A DNA stretch of 64,000 bases from Octopus sinensis (Eukaryota): the NCBI RefSeq assembly GCF_006345805.1, contig NC_042997.1:18228001-18292000 (forward strand). The letters are read 5' to 3'. The notes beneath the pieces were generated by a model. That model worked only from the letters and a program-made list of their open reading frames with translations, ran no database searches and had not been told where the DNA came from. Below, piece after piece: positions 1 through 13,414 of the stretch (position 1 is its first letter; every line of letters begins with the position of its first letter). Made by a program: the position numbers and the translations under genes.

Positions 1-742
1 GTACAGTTCTTTAATTTCTCCGGCTGTGACCTTATATTATAATTAGAATTATGACACAGAAATGATAATGTATGCATGGGTTTTCTTTAATCAGTAACTT
101 TTATTCAAGTTCCTACTTAGACTATAATTCTTGGATATACCTTAGTGTGTCTGGGTAAGATTTCAAAATTACGAACACTAAGTAATCTTGCATGGAATGA
201 TCTGACCTTCATCCCTCCCAACCCTGTCTTCGAGAGAGTACATAAACTGTACTGGAAATCAAACTTGGTAAATTTGGGGTAATATCAAGGAAAATTTTGG
301 TAAATGAAGCCTAATTAGCATAACAAACCGATTATAACTGTCTCTAAGATTAAGCAATGCTTGAAAAGGAGTCTAAATCCATAGCTTGTGGGAAAAGCAT
401 GGAAATCACAATTATATACATTAAAGAAATCAATAGAAAAGTCGAGATATCCAATGAAAAATGTACCAATTGCTCCACTTGCATTCTGGTGACTTGGATA
501 TTCAAAAGAAACACTAAATCATTTTCTAAATGCTGTCGTCTAAATGAGCAAATATTTCTACATTATTGCATGCTATTAGACAGTTTACCCTAAGTTGTTG
601 CTCTCCTAGTTTTGTTTTAATGTGTATCTAATGAAATAACAATGCTCCTATTTGTTGATTCTCTTAACTATCACAGAAAGATGTTGACCAAAGAAAGCAT
701 AGATATAATTAAGAAAAATAAACCAATCACTCCAAAGAAGTT

Positions 743-834
743 CTACAATGAAAGCCTGTTGGAACGATTTAATTTGCATTCTGATGGCTTTTTATACTCG
801 GAAGAAACAGGACAAGTCTTATATATGCTCTCAC
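743..834 (-). CDS. Possible terminal coding exon (GESIYKTCPVSSEYKKPSECKLNRSNRLSL*) of the minus-strand gene
   Basis: Acceptor tgttccttcag on the minus strand followed by an open frame to TAG; no homology recognised. Confidence 0.2.
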
Positions 835-2388
835 CTGAAGGAACATATATAAATATATATTCATAAATAGATACGCGCACGCAAACACACACACGCACAC
901 ACACATACACACACACACATACATATATATCCAAATATATTCAATGCTTGTTTCTATGTAAAGTTATATATAAAAATAGTTGAACATTAAATTGGAGGAT
1001 CAGTTAATATACTTTAGTAGGGTAACATATTCATTAGTTTTTACAAGATAAAAATTGGCAATGACTTCAAAGCTTTAGCTTATTAGCCGTCATCTGATTG
1101 TCTGATGACGGCTTATCCATCCATCCATCCATACATACATACATACATACATCCATACATCCATACATACACACATATGCACACACACATGCACACACAC
1201 TCACATACACGTATATATTCGGGTATGTTCATTATTCAATATTCAAATTCTGAATTTTAGCTTCCTAAGTCAACACCATCATCATCATCATCATCATAAG
1301 CATAGTCGTCATCACCATCATTAGCATAAATATCTGAATGGCTTGTATTTAAGCAAATTAAAAGATGTTTATGCATTATGTAATATACTGGATATAATTG
1401 AAATCGATAGAAATCAGTAGCATGTAGAACAAAGGAAAATTATGAGAAATATTTGTTCCAATACCGCAACTGGATGCATGGCAGTTCAAAGATGTCAGAA
1501 ATTCTTGGCATTGATATCATGAAAGAGAGACTCAATCAAAAATATAACAATGGTTTGAATCAAATGAATAGCTTCTCCATTGAACCGTCCAACCAAAGAT
1601 CAGTCTCAATATAACTGAGGAGGAGAAAAATAGTTGTAATACTTATAGATACGAAATAGCTAATCGAGAAATAATTTAAAGTACCGGCTCATAGGTTTTG
1701 ATTTCAAATCATCTGTAGATATTTCATTGGGTGTTTAAGTTACATATACAAGTCAGTTTATGCATGGCAATTCAATTAACTGATTATAATTACTAGATCA
1801 TCTGTCGTGTCTTAGCCAAATATATATTTACCTCCCACTTGCTTAAAGCTATAAAGCCAGAACATCAAACCATATATTTATTTGCCAAGACCTTAGGGAC
1901 AAAAGACAAGTAATAATTAAAGGCAGTAGAAAAACGAGCAGTGGTATTTAGTTGCCCTCTGTTGTTAAATAGTTCCTTCGTGTGCCGAGTTCAAACCCAG
2001 TCAAGGTTAATTGTTGCCTTTTATCATTTGGAGTCAATAAAATAAATACCAAACAAATAACTTGATTAGATTTAATCGATTATACCCACTACTCGCATGT
2101 CTACACTTAAATCCATGTCCTTATGTCAAAGATTCAGGTCGTTAAGAATAAAATACCGCGTTTTCCTGGAATAAGGGTAGAAACCAATTGAATCGCTCCC
2201 ATTATTGTAACTACTTTATTCACCTCTCTCACCCTTAGTGATAAAAGTTAAAATTAGCCTTTGGCGAGATTTGAACACACAAATTAGAGGCAGGAAGTTA
2301 AATACTGCTGGGCAATTAGTCTGATGTTGGAATGTCTGTTAAATTTCTACACTAGATATGATAACAATAGCAGCAGCAGTAGTAGTGA

Positions 2389-2420
<32 letters not shown>

Positions 2421-2925
2421 ATTTTCTAATTTTCTGCAAGAAAAATATCTGTGACAAAACAATACCCAAAATAGAGATTCAATTAGAAATTGTCTTGTGT
2501 TATTCATATTTGCTCGTTTACATTCTGAAATTTAATCCTGAGGCCGACTTATATTTTCTTCTCTTCAGGATAGACAAAATAAGAACTACTCAATTAGTGT
2601 TCAAGTGAAATTACGTAACCCATCGCAGACCAGATCTAAATAAATCAAATATTTTTAAAGTTGCTCTAAGTGTAATGTTGCATGATGTGTTATGTAGCTT
2701 TCATTTAACAGTAAATACTAAGTTTGCACCTCAACGTCATGAATCTTATGCTGGATACTGAATTATATATAGATATTCTAACGAAGAGAAGTTACAAGGT
2801 TCTCACTACAACAAAACCGATGAGACCTTGCAATATCGAAATTACGATCTTCTATTGTTTGACTCGTATATCCAATTTACGGTTTAAACCGAACATTACC
2901 TTAGATTAACACTTCTTAAGTGCGT

Positions 2926-3025
2926 GTATGTATGTATGTATGTATGTATGTATGTATGTATGTATGTATGTATGTATGTATGTATGTATGTTTGTATGTA
3001 TGTATGTATGTATGTATGTGAGTTT
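2926..3025. repeat. (ATGT)n microsatellite
   Basis: Direct reading; explains ORFs 2896..3135 and 2924..3172. Confidence 0.95.
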
Positions 3026-5039
3026 GTATGTGTATGTGTGTGCCTTTGTATGTATGCTTTTTTGTGTGTATATATGTTGATTGTGTCAAAAATAGTGGAT
3101 AAAGAAATACTGAGAAATGATGATATAAGACACATTATTGAAAATACTGTGGCTTTAAATTTGAAGTGTTAAAGCCATGTTACAGTTTTTCTGGCCATAC
3201 AATCTTATGCTCATTTCCTTATCTCGCCCGGTAATATATTTCCGGACCCCCAAAAGAGCCTCTTTATGATTGCTTGGCATGCTTGAAATAACAGCCAAAC
3301 CTCCTTGAAATCATGCCCTACCTCTCAAAAAAAAAAAAAAGAAGAAAAGAAGGTAACACTGAATAAACAGCCTTAAAAGTCACTAGGTAGAAAGCCTTTG
3401 ACCATAGATTTTGGACGATCTGGATAGACATGGGGCTTTTGTCAACGAATCCTACAAATTTAATGACAGCTATATGTTAACCTTTTAGTAAGGGAACTGT
3501 AGTATATTCTCCTGTTATATTTAGAAGTGATGTTAGAAAATATTGGGATAATTAGTTGCTTGTAAAATAATTATGCTGAAACAGGAAATTACAAGTTATT
3601 TTTTCTAACTCTTAATATATCATTTCTCACAAGCTCATTTATTGAACTCATTTTCGAACAGTTTTCTTTACTGTACATCGAGCACTAGCTGTACACTCCA
3701 CATTGGGGACAAGCTTCTATTAATGTTACATGTAACTCGGTCTCTACACATAATGTCTAGATCTCTAAGTAATCCGTGAATCTATTAACAACACCATTAA
3801 AATAAGATTCCTTTCGTAGGGACAAGACCAGAAACTTTGACTGAAAGGAACAATCGATTATATAGAACCCAGTACCTAACTATTATTTATTTTGATGACC
3901 CAGCACCTAACTAGTACATATTCAATCAACCATGAAGATAATGTCGACCTCGATGAGATTTGAACGTAGCCATAACTGAATATTGCAAGTTATTTGGTAC
4001 GATGCTAATCGAAAAATATGCAGCAGTTATATAACACAAGTATTATATTCGAAACACAATAGTTAGCAATATATCTCCGGCTCGAAATAAACGTAACGTA
4101 ACTGTATGGAATACGAAACCAACAATCTTATCAGTAATTGGTTTAATTTCTTCAAAGACGTTGCAATAGACACTAACATTTATAAGAAAATTGATGCAAA
4201 ATTTGTTTCACTGTCTTATAATAGAAGAATGCGACAAGTTGAAAACAAATTTAAAGAAATTACTAGTGAATACTACGCAGTGTGTAGACGCGTGGAGAAG
4301 CTTGAAATTCTATTAATCACTAAAAATAACATTATCAGTGACTGGTTGTTAATTGCACGACTGCCTTGCCGCGTGACTATCTTGTCTTTTTTATATTTGC
4401 TAATATTTTTAGGATTTAATTTTTCTATCATTTTCTGTTGGAGATAGCTGGGTGTGGTTTGACAGTGATTTGATTTCTAATTCCAGTATGCTATGTGACA
4501 GCGTAAAGACATGCCAGGTACCTCTTTCCACAACATTCCAAATCACTAGAACACAACATGCATTCCATGTAAAAGATTTATTCTAAAACTAATCGTTACA
4601 TTACATTTGCCATACACATTCTTAAACAATCCACTACATATTTATATTTGTACAAATATATACTTACTCCTTGAATAAAAACAAATAAACTAAAGGGCAT
4701 ATACAGGCGACCCTATAAAGCAATAATGATTTAAAGATCATAGAAATAATACATGTGATCCAATAGAGATAAACTCACCGACCTTGCCATAAGATTTGCT
4801 TACAAACTAGTAGCAAACTGCACGCACAATACCAATATTTATGAGAGAATCCTGGATTGATCTCTAGGAACGCTAATTTCCTTAACTCATCATTATCAGA
4901 AATGTGATAGAATCAGTAATCCATATGCAAGGTTATTGTTTAAAAGCCAACCCACCTGAGCACTCAATTTCGACTAAGCCACAGTAGAACTGACTTTACT
5001 ATGTTTCTCATACGTAGAACGATTGCTTGGTTTATAGTC

Positions 5040-5950
5040 CAGAGTGTATTTTCATAACTTTGGACATGGACAAAACTTTCGACAGAGTTTGGAACAATGT
5101 ATTCTGCAGCAATCTGACATCCAAAGGAACATAAAGGAGACACTCTTGCTATGGAAGAACGTATCTCTTATCTGACATCTATCAAAAAAAGCTTTTTAGG
5201 TCAACTTCTTTTGTCACTCATCTATATATTAGTCCCATAAGACTGTTCCTGCTCTCATAGATGATCGAGTAATACATTTGAAGACGAGTTTTACTGGTAG
5301 TCTTATTTTCACCATCATGGTGAGCTTTTGAAAGAAACCATGCAGTACCCAGATTCAAAAGAGAGAGCTTATTAGAATGAAATCAAGAGAGGCTGACTTG
5401 AAGTTGCTATTTCAGACACCGAAAAGAAACGCAATGATTTTATTAAAGAAAAGTTGTTCACAAAACCCTGAATTGTACTTTGAAAATTGCAAACTAACTA
5501 TGCGAAAAGAAGGAAAAACAACCGAAATTCTGGATGCAACATTTAGCAATGAATTAGTAGACAACAAAATATGCGTTGCAAAGCTCCAAAAATGCTTGAG
5601 ATCTTTGTAAAACTGCTAACAAGCCAACTGCATTTATAAAGAACAAATCCAAAGCACCAAAATAAAAAGTGTCAAGATCATCGCAGTTGATGAGGCTGAA
5701 GTTACAAAAATCTCGCTATCAACAGTTATACCACAGAATACATACTACTACACCGACAGAAACAGAATCTAATAAATGCTACAGGCCATTGAAACCCAAA
5801 TTTATGGTGCCAGGAAGGAATAAAGAATCTTTTTGCGCGAAGGCGACTTTTTTCACTTCCGCTTAATGTTTGCTGTTAAGCAGCAGTTTCTTACACTTGG
5901 TTATCCACATATATAACGGATTTCTCGAAGCAGCAATCAGAATCCCAGTT
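5040..5950 (+). mobile_element. Decayed CR1/Jockey-group LINE, reverse transcriptase and C-terminal region
   Basis: FITLDMDKTFDRVWN resembles LDISKAFDRVWH; downstream EILDATFSNEL and CIYKEQIQST resemble the CR1 C-terminus; many stops and frameshifts. Confidence 0.7.
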
Positions 5951-7368
5951 AATGGAATACGAAGGTTTAAACATCGAATCCATAAAAGCCTGTCACTTTC
6001 TCCTTTGAAATATCAAGAAATCAGGGATTGGTCGATTAGACTGTCTTGCATTTCAAAACTTCGACGAGGCTTTTGTTACAGAATGCATGTAATAAAAATA
6101 TTTATCTATCACTTTCTTGTCTCACTATCACCTCTCTTTCTTTCTCTTATTTTCTCTCTCTTTTCACACTCACACACACACATATCATGGGAGTGCGTAT
6201 GTGTTCTTGCATTATGTATGAATGTACAAGAGTAGCGATGAAGTCCACACACTTTGACAGAACGATTTCTAACAACAATAACTTGGATACGGACCTAGAG
6301 CGCTTCATGAAGTCAGGTATTCTCCCTTTCGGTAGATTTAAAGAAAATAACGTAAAATTATGCTATCAACTAAATGCAAAGTTTGCCGTGTAGTAGAACT
6401 ATCTTTTCAGTTGTAATCTGCTGAAACCTACACACAGTACCGTCGGCATACAAAAAAATCTGATAAGCTGTCAGTTGTGTCAGCTTACGATTTATAATGA
6501 ACATATATTGATGAGACTACATCTTAACTAGGAGGTCCTGCAGCATGCAAATTTGCCTAGTGTTGAGCCTATCCTTGCGGAATAACCGTTGAGTTGATTG
6601 GGATGTATTATCTATATGGAGTATGATGTGGAGGAGGAAAAGACAGAAACAGAGAGAGAGTTACGGTAGTCTTACCGTCAATCTGGAAGGGTCACTCACG
6701 GCGTCCACGTGCTCTGTTTGCTGCTGTACCGTCTATCTATGTGGAAAGGGTAGCTCACAAAGTCCACATGTTCTGTCTGCCGTCGTACCGTCTAACAGCT
6801 CTGCTCTCGTACGCTGTCCACTGCCAACTGACCGCTCGCGCCTTGCCGACTCCGGATGCTCACCGCGGCTCTTCCGGTGGGACCCACAGGCTCTACTTCC
6901 GACAAGACATGCGTACTTCCTCAATTCCGTTCTTTCCCTACAACATAGCTTGGCTCATAGCTCCACATGGAGGATACTAGGACTCGCAAGGCTGTGCTCT
7001 GTAGTGACTTGAAATGTGGAAGTCATGGAGGACAGATTTCAAATATTCGCTATGGAGATATTATCAAATGACATATCGATCTGATTGTGATTAAATAGAA
7101 GACAACGATTGACGAACACAAACAAGATGAGGGGGGGGACAAAAATTGAAGGAATGAATTTACAAAATTAAACTGGATGAGTCGACAGGAAAAGAAAAAA
7201 AGATAAACCAGAACAATTTTCAGTATATGTCTATCTGTATAGATATTTACACACACGCGCGTGCACATATATATCTATATTTATATAAAGTTAATCCAAA
7301 CATGAAAGCACAAAAAAACACAACAACGCGAGGACGTGGAACGCTCAGGAAAGAAGGAAAGAAGGAGG

Positions 7369-7403
7369 GTTTAACGTTTCGAACGGAGCTCTTCGTCGGA
7401 AAC
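7369..7403 (-). ncRNA. Minimal hammerhead ribozyme motif (Penelope type) with U4-to-C core variant
   Basis: Minus strand: GUUU-CCGACGA-A-GAGC(UCC)GUUC-GAA-ACGU-U-AAAC; stems I and II pair, stem III is the palindrome ACGU. Confidence 0.6.
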
Positions 7404-8305
7404 ATAGGAGAAGGAAAGATCCAGAGAAGGGAAGACAGAAGAAAAAATCGCCAACGGTACACACGCGGTCAAACATGTGTATAGGCACACACTCGTATAT
7501 CACATATCCACAGTCTAATATATATATGAATGTAAACTGTGAGAGAGAGGGGGAAGATAAAGAGAGACAGAGTGAGAAAGGATATGGAAGAGACAGAAAT
7601 ATACCAAAAAGCTAGACCGTCATCACACAACGTTCCAAATATTTTAGTAGAACTTGTAGATATAGACAGCAGCTATAGTTGTTGGACAAAACTAATAATC
7701 TCATTTGACTTCAGAGAAATTGCATTTCAAAATGAAATTTCTTGGATTTTGTTACTCAGTCAATGTTATATATAAAGGAAAGAGAGAAATTTGTCAAGAA
7801 TAATCTAGTTGCACCTTGTTTGGTATTTGTAGGATAAGCTAGTACAAGATAGCATCACGTCAGTTTGATTAGATTTCGATACAATTTCCAATTCATTTGT
7901 ATAAATCACCTGATTATATCTAAATAAACAACTTTACTGTATTAAAAGAATGTGACAAGCATTTTCTATCTTTTATTCTGGCACCATTTTATTCTGTCTT
8001 GTCTTGAATTAAGCAGTATCCACTTGATTTCCTTCTGTAGACATTTAGTTCACAAATTAAAACTGGAAACTCCATTTTAGTGTCTCTTGATATTCTCCTG
8101 TGCTGCAAGAATTTTTTGTATTAACTACGCCAGGAAATTACTTTTTCCTGGACGACGTTACTATAAAAACTTTCAAGCAATATAAATTTGCAATGTCATT
8201 ATTAATCTATCAAATTTAATTTAGTTGATAATAATATCTTGTATGTGTATATACATGTGATGATACGTTATATTTTATTTTACACTTTTTATATGTTGTA
8301 TATGA

Positions 8306-8343
<38 letters not shown>

Positions 8344-8354
8344 TATTATTATTA

Positions 8355-9105
8355 TTGGGGTGGCAAGCGGGCAGAACGTTAGGAAAAATACTCTGTTGTA
8401 TCTTTTGTGATTTATTATGTCCTGAGTTCAAATTCTCTTTAGCCGACTTTGCCTTTCATTCTTTTGGAGTCGATAGAATAAGTGTAAGTTGAATGTAGGG
8501 GCCGATGTAATCGACAGGCATTCCTTAAAGTTTCTGGTGTTGTATCAAAAGTTTAAAGCCATTATAAATAAGGCAAGTCGGTGAGCTGACAGAATTGTTG
8601 GCGCTCGGGACAAAATGCATAGTGGCATTTCTTCAGTTTTTACGTTCTGAATTCAAATTCCGCCAGATTCGGTAAAATAAGTACCAATCAAATATTGAGG
8701 TCGATGTAATCGACTAGTCTCCTCCTCCAAAATTTCAGGCCTTGTGCCTGTAGTAGAAAGGAATATAAATTAGACGGCAAGCTGGCAGGACCGAGTTTTA
8801 TGTTCTGATTTCAAATGCGACTTCACCTTGTATTGTTTCCGGTCGATAAAATAAGTACCAGTTGATTACTGGAGTCAATGTAATCCACTAATCTTCTCCT
8901 ACAAAATTTTAAGCTTTGTTCTTATAGTAAAGAGGATTCTGAGTTTGCGTTCTGATTTCAAATGCCACCGAGGTCGACTTTACCTGCATCCTTTAGGGGC
9001 CGATGAAATATGTATCAGTTAATCACTTGGGTTGATATAATCGACTGGCCTCCCTACACCAAAATGTCAGGCCTTGTGCCTATAGTAGAAAGGATTATTA
9101 TTAGC
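8355..9105 (+). mobile_element. Head-to-tail array of about four SINE family A copies
   Basis: Repeated gagttcaaattc B-box, gtcgactttgcctttcatcc...aataagtaccag core and aggattattatt tail. Confidence 0.85.
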
Positions 9106-9205
9106 TATTCTGTAGTTTTATTTGTATTGCTTCTATTACTAATAGAAGCCACACGAATGAAACTGCAATACAAATGAAACTATGTAAACTCGGATTCCTT
9201 TCTAC

Positions 9206-9370
9206 TACGAGGGGATGCTGAAAAGTTCCTGGCTTTGGATAAAAGAAAATACAGAAGGATCAGTTAATTATGATTTTATTCAATTTATTCCCCTCTCAGA
9301 TTCACACACTTATTGCAGTGGTCCTTTTGCAATACTCTTATAGCCAGAAAGTTTTCAGTGCCCCCACGTG
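9206..9370. mobile_element. Mariner-derived MITE
   Basis: Imperfect TIRs: tacgaggggatgctgaaaagttcctggct versus the reverse complement of agccagaaagttttcagtgcccccacgtg. Confidence 0.75.
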
Positions 9371-9379
9371 CTTATATAA

Positions 9380-9525
9380 ACACAAGGCTTGAAATTTTGT
9401 AGAAGATTAGTGGATTACACTGACCCCAGTAATCAACTGGTACTTATTTTATCTACCCCGAATCGATACAAGGTAAAGTCGCATCTGAAATCAGAATGCT
9501 AAGCATTCTGTCTGATGCGGTAACG
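9380..9525 (-). mobile_element. SINE family A copy, inverted relative to the 8.4-9.1 kb array
   Basis: Reverse complement of the core; shares variants with 8790-8930. Confidence 0.8.
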
Positions 9526-9914
9526 ATACCGAGTATAACTTTATAGGCTTTGAGTACAAGAAATGCTTTGTGATGAATGTATTCTACGCAGTATGTTGAC
9601 GGCACCTACTAGTGCTAATTTCTGCCTGTTGTGTATACATGTACAAGTCCTTGGCTTTAAGAATTGTTTCTGTTTTAATTTCTAATATTGTTTTATTATT
9701 TTTATTTGGTTCAAAGAAAGGTACTGTACCATTGCCATGCCACCTGTAGAGCTGATAGGGTAATGTTCCTCTTGAACCGCAAGAAATATATGAGGAGAGA
9801 GAAAATTCCAAGAAACCAACATTGTGGAAAGGAATGATTGGATGTAGTTATTAGTACTACGTCTTGAAGCGTGGGCACAATCGATTGCCATTACATTAAT
9901 GTTGATTACAAATT

Positions 9915-10115
9915 TTGGCACAAAGCCAGCAATTTCGTGGTGGGAGTAAGTTGATAACATTGACTCCAGTACTCAACTGATACTTATCTTATCGACTCTA
10001 AAAGGATGAACAGGCAAAGTCGACCTCGGCGGAATTTGAACTCAGAACGTAAAGACGGGCGAAATGCCGCTAAACATTTTGCCCGGAGCGCTAACAATTC
10101 TACCAGCTCACCGCT
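9915..10115 (-). mobile_element. SINE family A copy
   Basis: aaagtcgacctcggcggaatttgaactcagaacgtaaagacgg. Confidence 0.85.
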
Positions 10116-10283
10116 TTAACTGTGTTTCAATATTAATATAATGGCAAAGGCGGCTAGCCTATCTATATCAGAAGTTCATATCTATAAATAGTATAGTACT
10201 TGGGGTTTGCGGTCGAGGATGCACGAACGTGAAATGCAATCACTCTCCTAGATGTCACAGCCCTACTCGATCGAGAGTCTTAC

Positions 10284-10335
10284 TTGAACTTTGTAGAAGA
10301 TAAGTTGTTTATTTCGAGAAAAGTATTTTCTAGCA
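10284..10335 (-). CDS. Candidate 52-nt exon (V)LENTFLEINNLSSTKF
   Basis: Acceptor ccttcctctttag, donor CAA|gtaaga; phase-1 frame open and compatible with exon 11088-11118. Confidence 0.35.
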
Positions 10336-11087
10336 CTAAAGAGGAAGGCTTGTTTTGTAATGCAATGTTTGCCATACTAACGATGTACCTAGGTCAGAAG
10401 AAAGGTCCCTACTTGTATACTGGTCATGCATCGTGAACTACGATGTTTTCTTGATACGCACAATGTTCGTTTTGTTAGAGACGACAAGACTAGCATGACC
10501 TCGTTGGTTAGAGTTTTAAGTCTTTATTAGTAGAGTCAGTATAGATTTAGGTATGTGGCTATCTCTTTTTTACTTTCCCGTCTGTAACATATACACTCTC
10601 TTTTCGACAGATTCATGCGACCTTTCACAGTACTATAATTTCTCAGTTGTTTATCCTCTTCATCTTTTTGCATAGATGCCTCTATGTGATTTGCCTTAGC
10701 ACTTTCAGATTAGTGACTGAAAATTGCGATAAAGCTGCTATTAAAACTACTTATTGGCACTTTTATGGCAGAAACACATTTTCATTTATTTATTTCCCAT
10801 TAAGCTGGCTTAAATATATATTTTGAATAATAATGATTAAATATATATTTATAGGTATCAATCAACCAGCTGATAGATCTTGAGTTCAGTTCAGCTACGC
10901 TCATTTAATTATGTATTTAAGCTGTACACTTAATTTGCTTTTAGCTTAGGGATATAGGTACCAAATCACCTAAAAGTAATATGAAATAGCTCGAGAGCTC
11001 GGTATTACACCTTATTGTCATAAAACCTACTCTAATGTAACATTTTTTCAGAGATACATTATACTTTTTGCCATCTATATGACTTAC

Positions 11088-11118
11088 CAAGGTAAGAAAT
11101 TCGAGATTCAATATTATT
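11088..11118 (-). CDS. Candidate 31-nt exon NNIESRISYL
   Basis: Acceptor aatatttctag, donor TTG|gtaagtc; phase 0 matches exon 19575-19630. Confidence 0.45.
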
Positions 11119-13061
11119 CTAGAAATATTTAACATAAATAAAATGCTATAGAAAGCTTTTCATGTAAAATTGCTCATCTTATGCATGTAAGAACAGCCCA
11201 AATGTTTTAGATAAGAATCAAAGATATCTATCAATATATCCTTCAATAATATTCGTGTCTATTCATTTCCTGTACGAAACACTAATTTCCAGCGCAAATA
11301 GATAATTCAGTTATATTGGTGTAATGCAACGAAAAGGATGGCTAGAATAATCTTTTAGCAAACATTGATTCCAAGTAAATAAATAGGCGCATAAATATAA
11401 TCACAACAATGCCAATGATATCTACCGCAAGCTAAATATACAAATTTACAGTCTCTGATTCAGATTCTGAAACTTCTGTGTACATTACCTTAATTTGCTT
11501 CATGCTCTACTGTTTTGGGATTCGAAGCTTGCACGATAGTATGTTGACATAAAACATTGCACTATTGTTCCAATGGATTGTTTCTTGCAGCAGGAATAAC
11601 AGACCCATAATAGTAATAATAAAAAAAAAATTAATAACCAGAGGATAAAAATTAATAAAGAGATAACCAGTTACAAAATAAAGTGCATTGTTTATTTTGA
11701 CTTCGGAATAAGTTTTACAGATTGAAGAAGTTAAAGCTACTGATTAGAAATCTTCATTTTATTGTCCTTCTGTTGGTCAACAATCTTGAAGGGAAATTTT
11801 TAGCTAATGTTCATCCATGTTTTGTCTTCTTGCTATCTTATTTTTCATAGTGAATATGAGGATTGTGATGTTGATTATAATAATCACCATGATCATTGCA
11901 GGGAGTTATTATTTCTTCATTTTTATCATGTTTACCTATCCTGCCAACAATTCTGCATACCAGAGCAATATCACTTTGTACATATTTATACATACAATCA
12001 TGTTATTTACATAGTTTGTTACATTTTTGGCCTGACACCTGCAGGTATACATAGCATAATATATCATATTCTGCTACAAAACCTTATCAAAAACAAATAA
12101 AAAAAAAATATGTGAATTATTGAATTTTGGTTTTTACGTTGTGGATGGTATTTTCGCACTTACCGTACATAATATCTGAAATGTTTGCAATACATTAGCA
12201 ATTGCAGAAGCATAATTCTGGTTAATTCCATTAAAAGTCTGTTCCCATTTATATCTCAAACACGGCCTTTCAGTTAAAGCAGGATAGTTGGACTGATTGC
12301 TAAGTCAACATCTTGTGTGGTAGAAATTGTTTTGCTTCACAGCATGTGTATTTCAGCCATCAGCAAATACTGTTTTCATATTTTACTCTTGTTTTCCCAA
12401 AACGTTTCCCATCTTTGAATATTGATTTTTAAATAAAACATCGTGATAGACACAAACAAAATAATAAAATAAATGCCGAACTTTTACTACAAATAAAATG
12501 CAAGAAAAATATAAATCAAGTGCTAAGTGTAGCTTTTATTTATTAGAAAAACTTAAAATTCTAGAGCAAAAGTTGTATTTTTCTGGCACAACTTTATTCG
12601 CTATGCCAAATGTTACTAAGAATTGTGATATTGTCCAATCTCTGCACGGACAAACATTCATTGTTTTGATTATTTATTTGTTTGTAGCTTAGGTATACCA
12701 CGCAATGATTATATCCTCACAGCCATAGATTCTTACAGAAACGGTTTTCGATCTTAAATTTCTTACAAAAGATTTGTCGATAAAACATTCATAAAATTTG
12801 TATTTTGTAAACTGTAAAAAAAAATAAATAAATAAATAAACATACGTACACAACTCAGAGCACATCTCATATGAATATAAAAAACAACTTTATTTCATGT
12901 TTAGTGTGGTAGCAAGCTATTTATTCTATATAGTTTCAGATATAATGAATGTTAATTATTTATGAATATATATGTATGCGTGTACACACACACACACACA
13001 CACACACTCTTACTCTCTCTCTCCCCCTCTCTCCCTCTCACACACATATACATATATATGA

Positions 13062-13114
<53 letters not shown>

Positions 13115-13414
13115 GTATATTTAAGTAAAAAAATTCTCGGCAATAGATTTGATGGCTGTGCTCTAATGTTCATACAGTATTAAATAAGTTGGATTCAGAA
13201 GAAATAAAAAGTAAAATTGTTTGGTGTGCATGTATGTCAGCCAACATATTCATTATTTATGATGTTTGCTTTTACATTAATTATTTGAGATTCTCTGTAT
13301 CAAGATATTTTCCTCTTAGTTAACGTAATGGATGTCGCCATTAAATTTACTGTTGTATCTTTTTATATAAGTGAAATTAGGGCTGACTTCTTACAAACCA
13401 TACATAATCAGGCT

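Noticed and set aside
300-500. Minus-strand peptide PTSYGFRLLF resembling the group II intron RT motif SYGFRP
   Set aside because: Short match bounded by stops, with no other RT motifs nearby
4106-4447. 113-aa ORF
   Set aside because: No recognisable motif or convincing splice sites; AT-rich chance ORF is plausible
11850-11990. Minus-strand VCRIVG...EEIITPC resembling a RING-variant domain, and overlapping hydrophobic ORFs resembling transmembrane helices
   Set aside because: Required Cys/His ligands are missing; composition is explained by a decayed ATC/ATG-rich low-complexity tract
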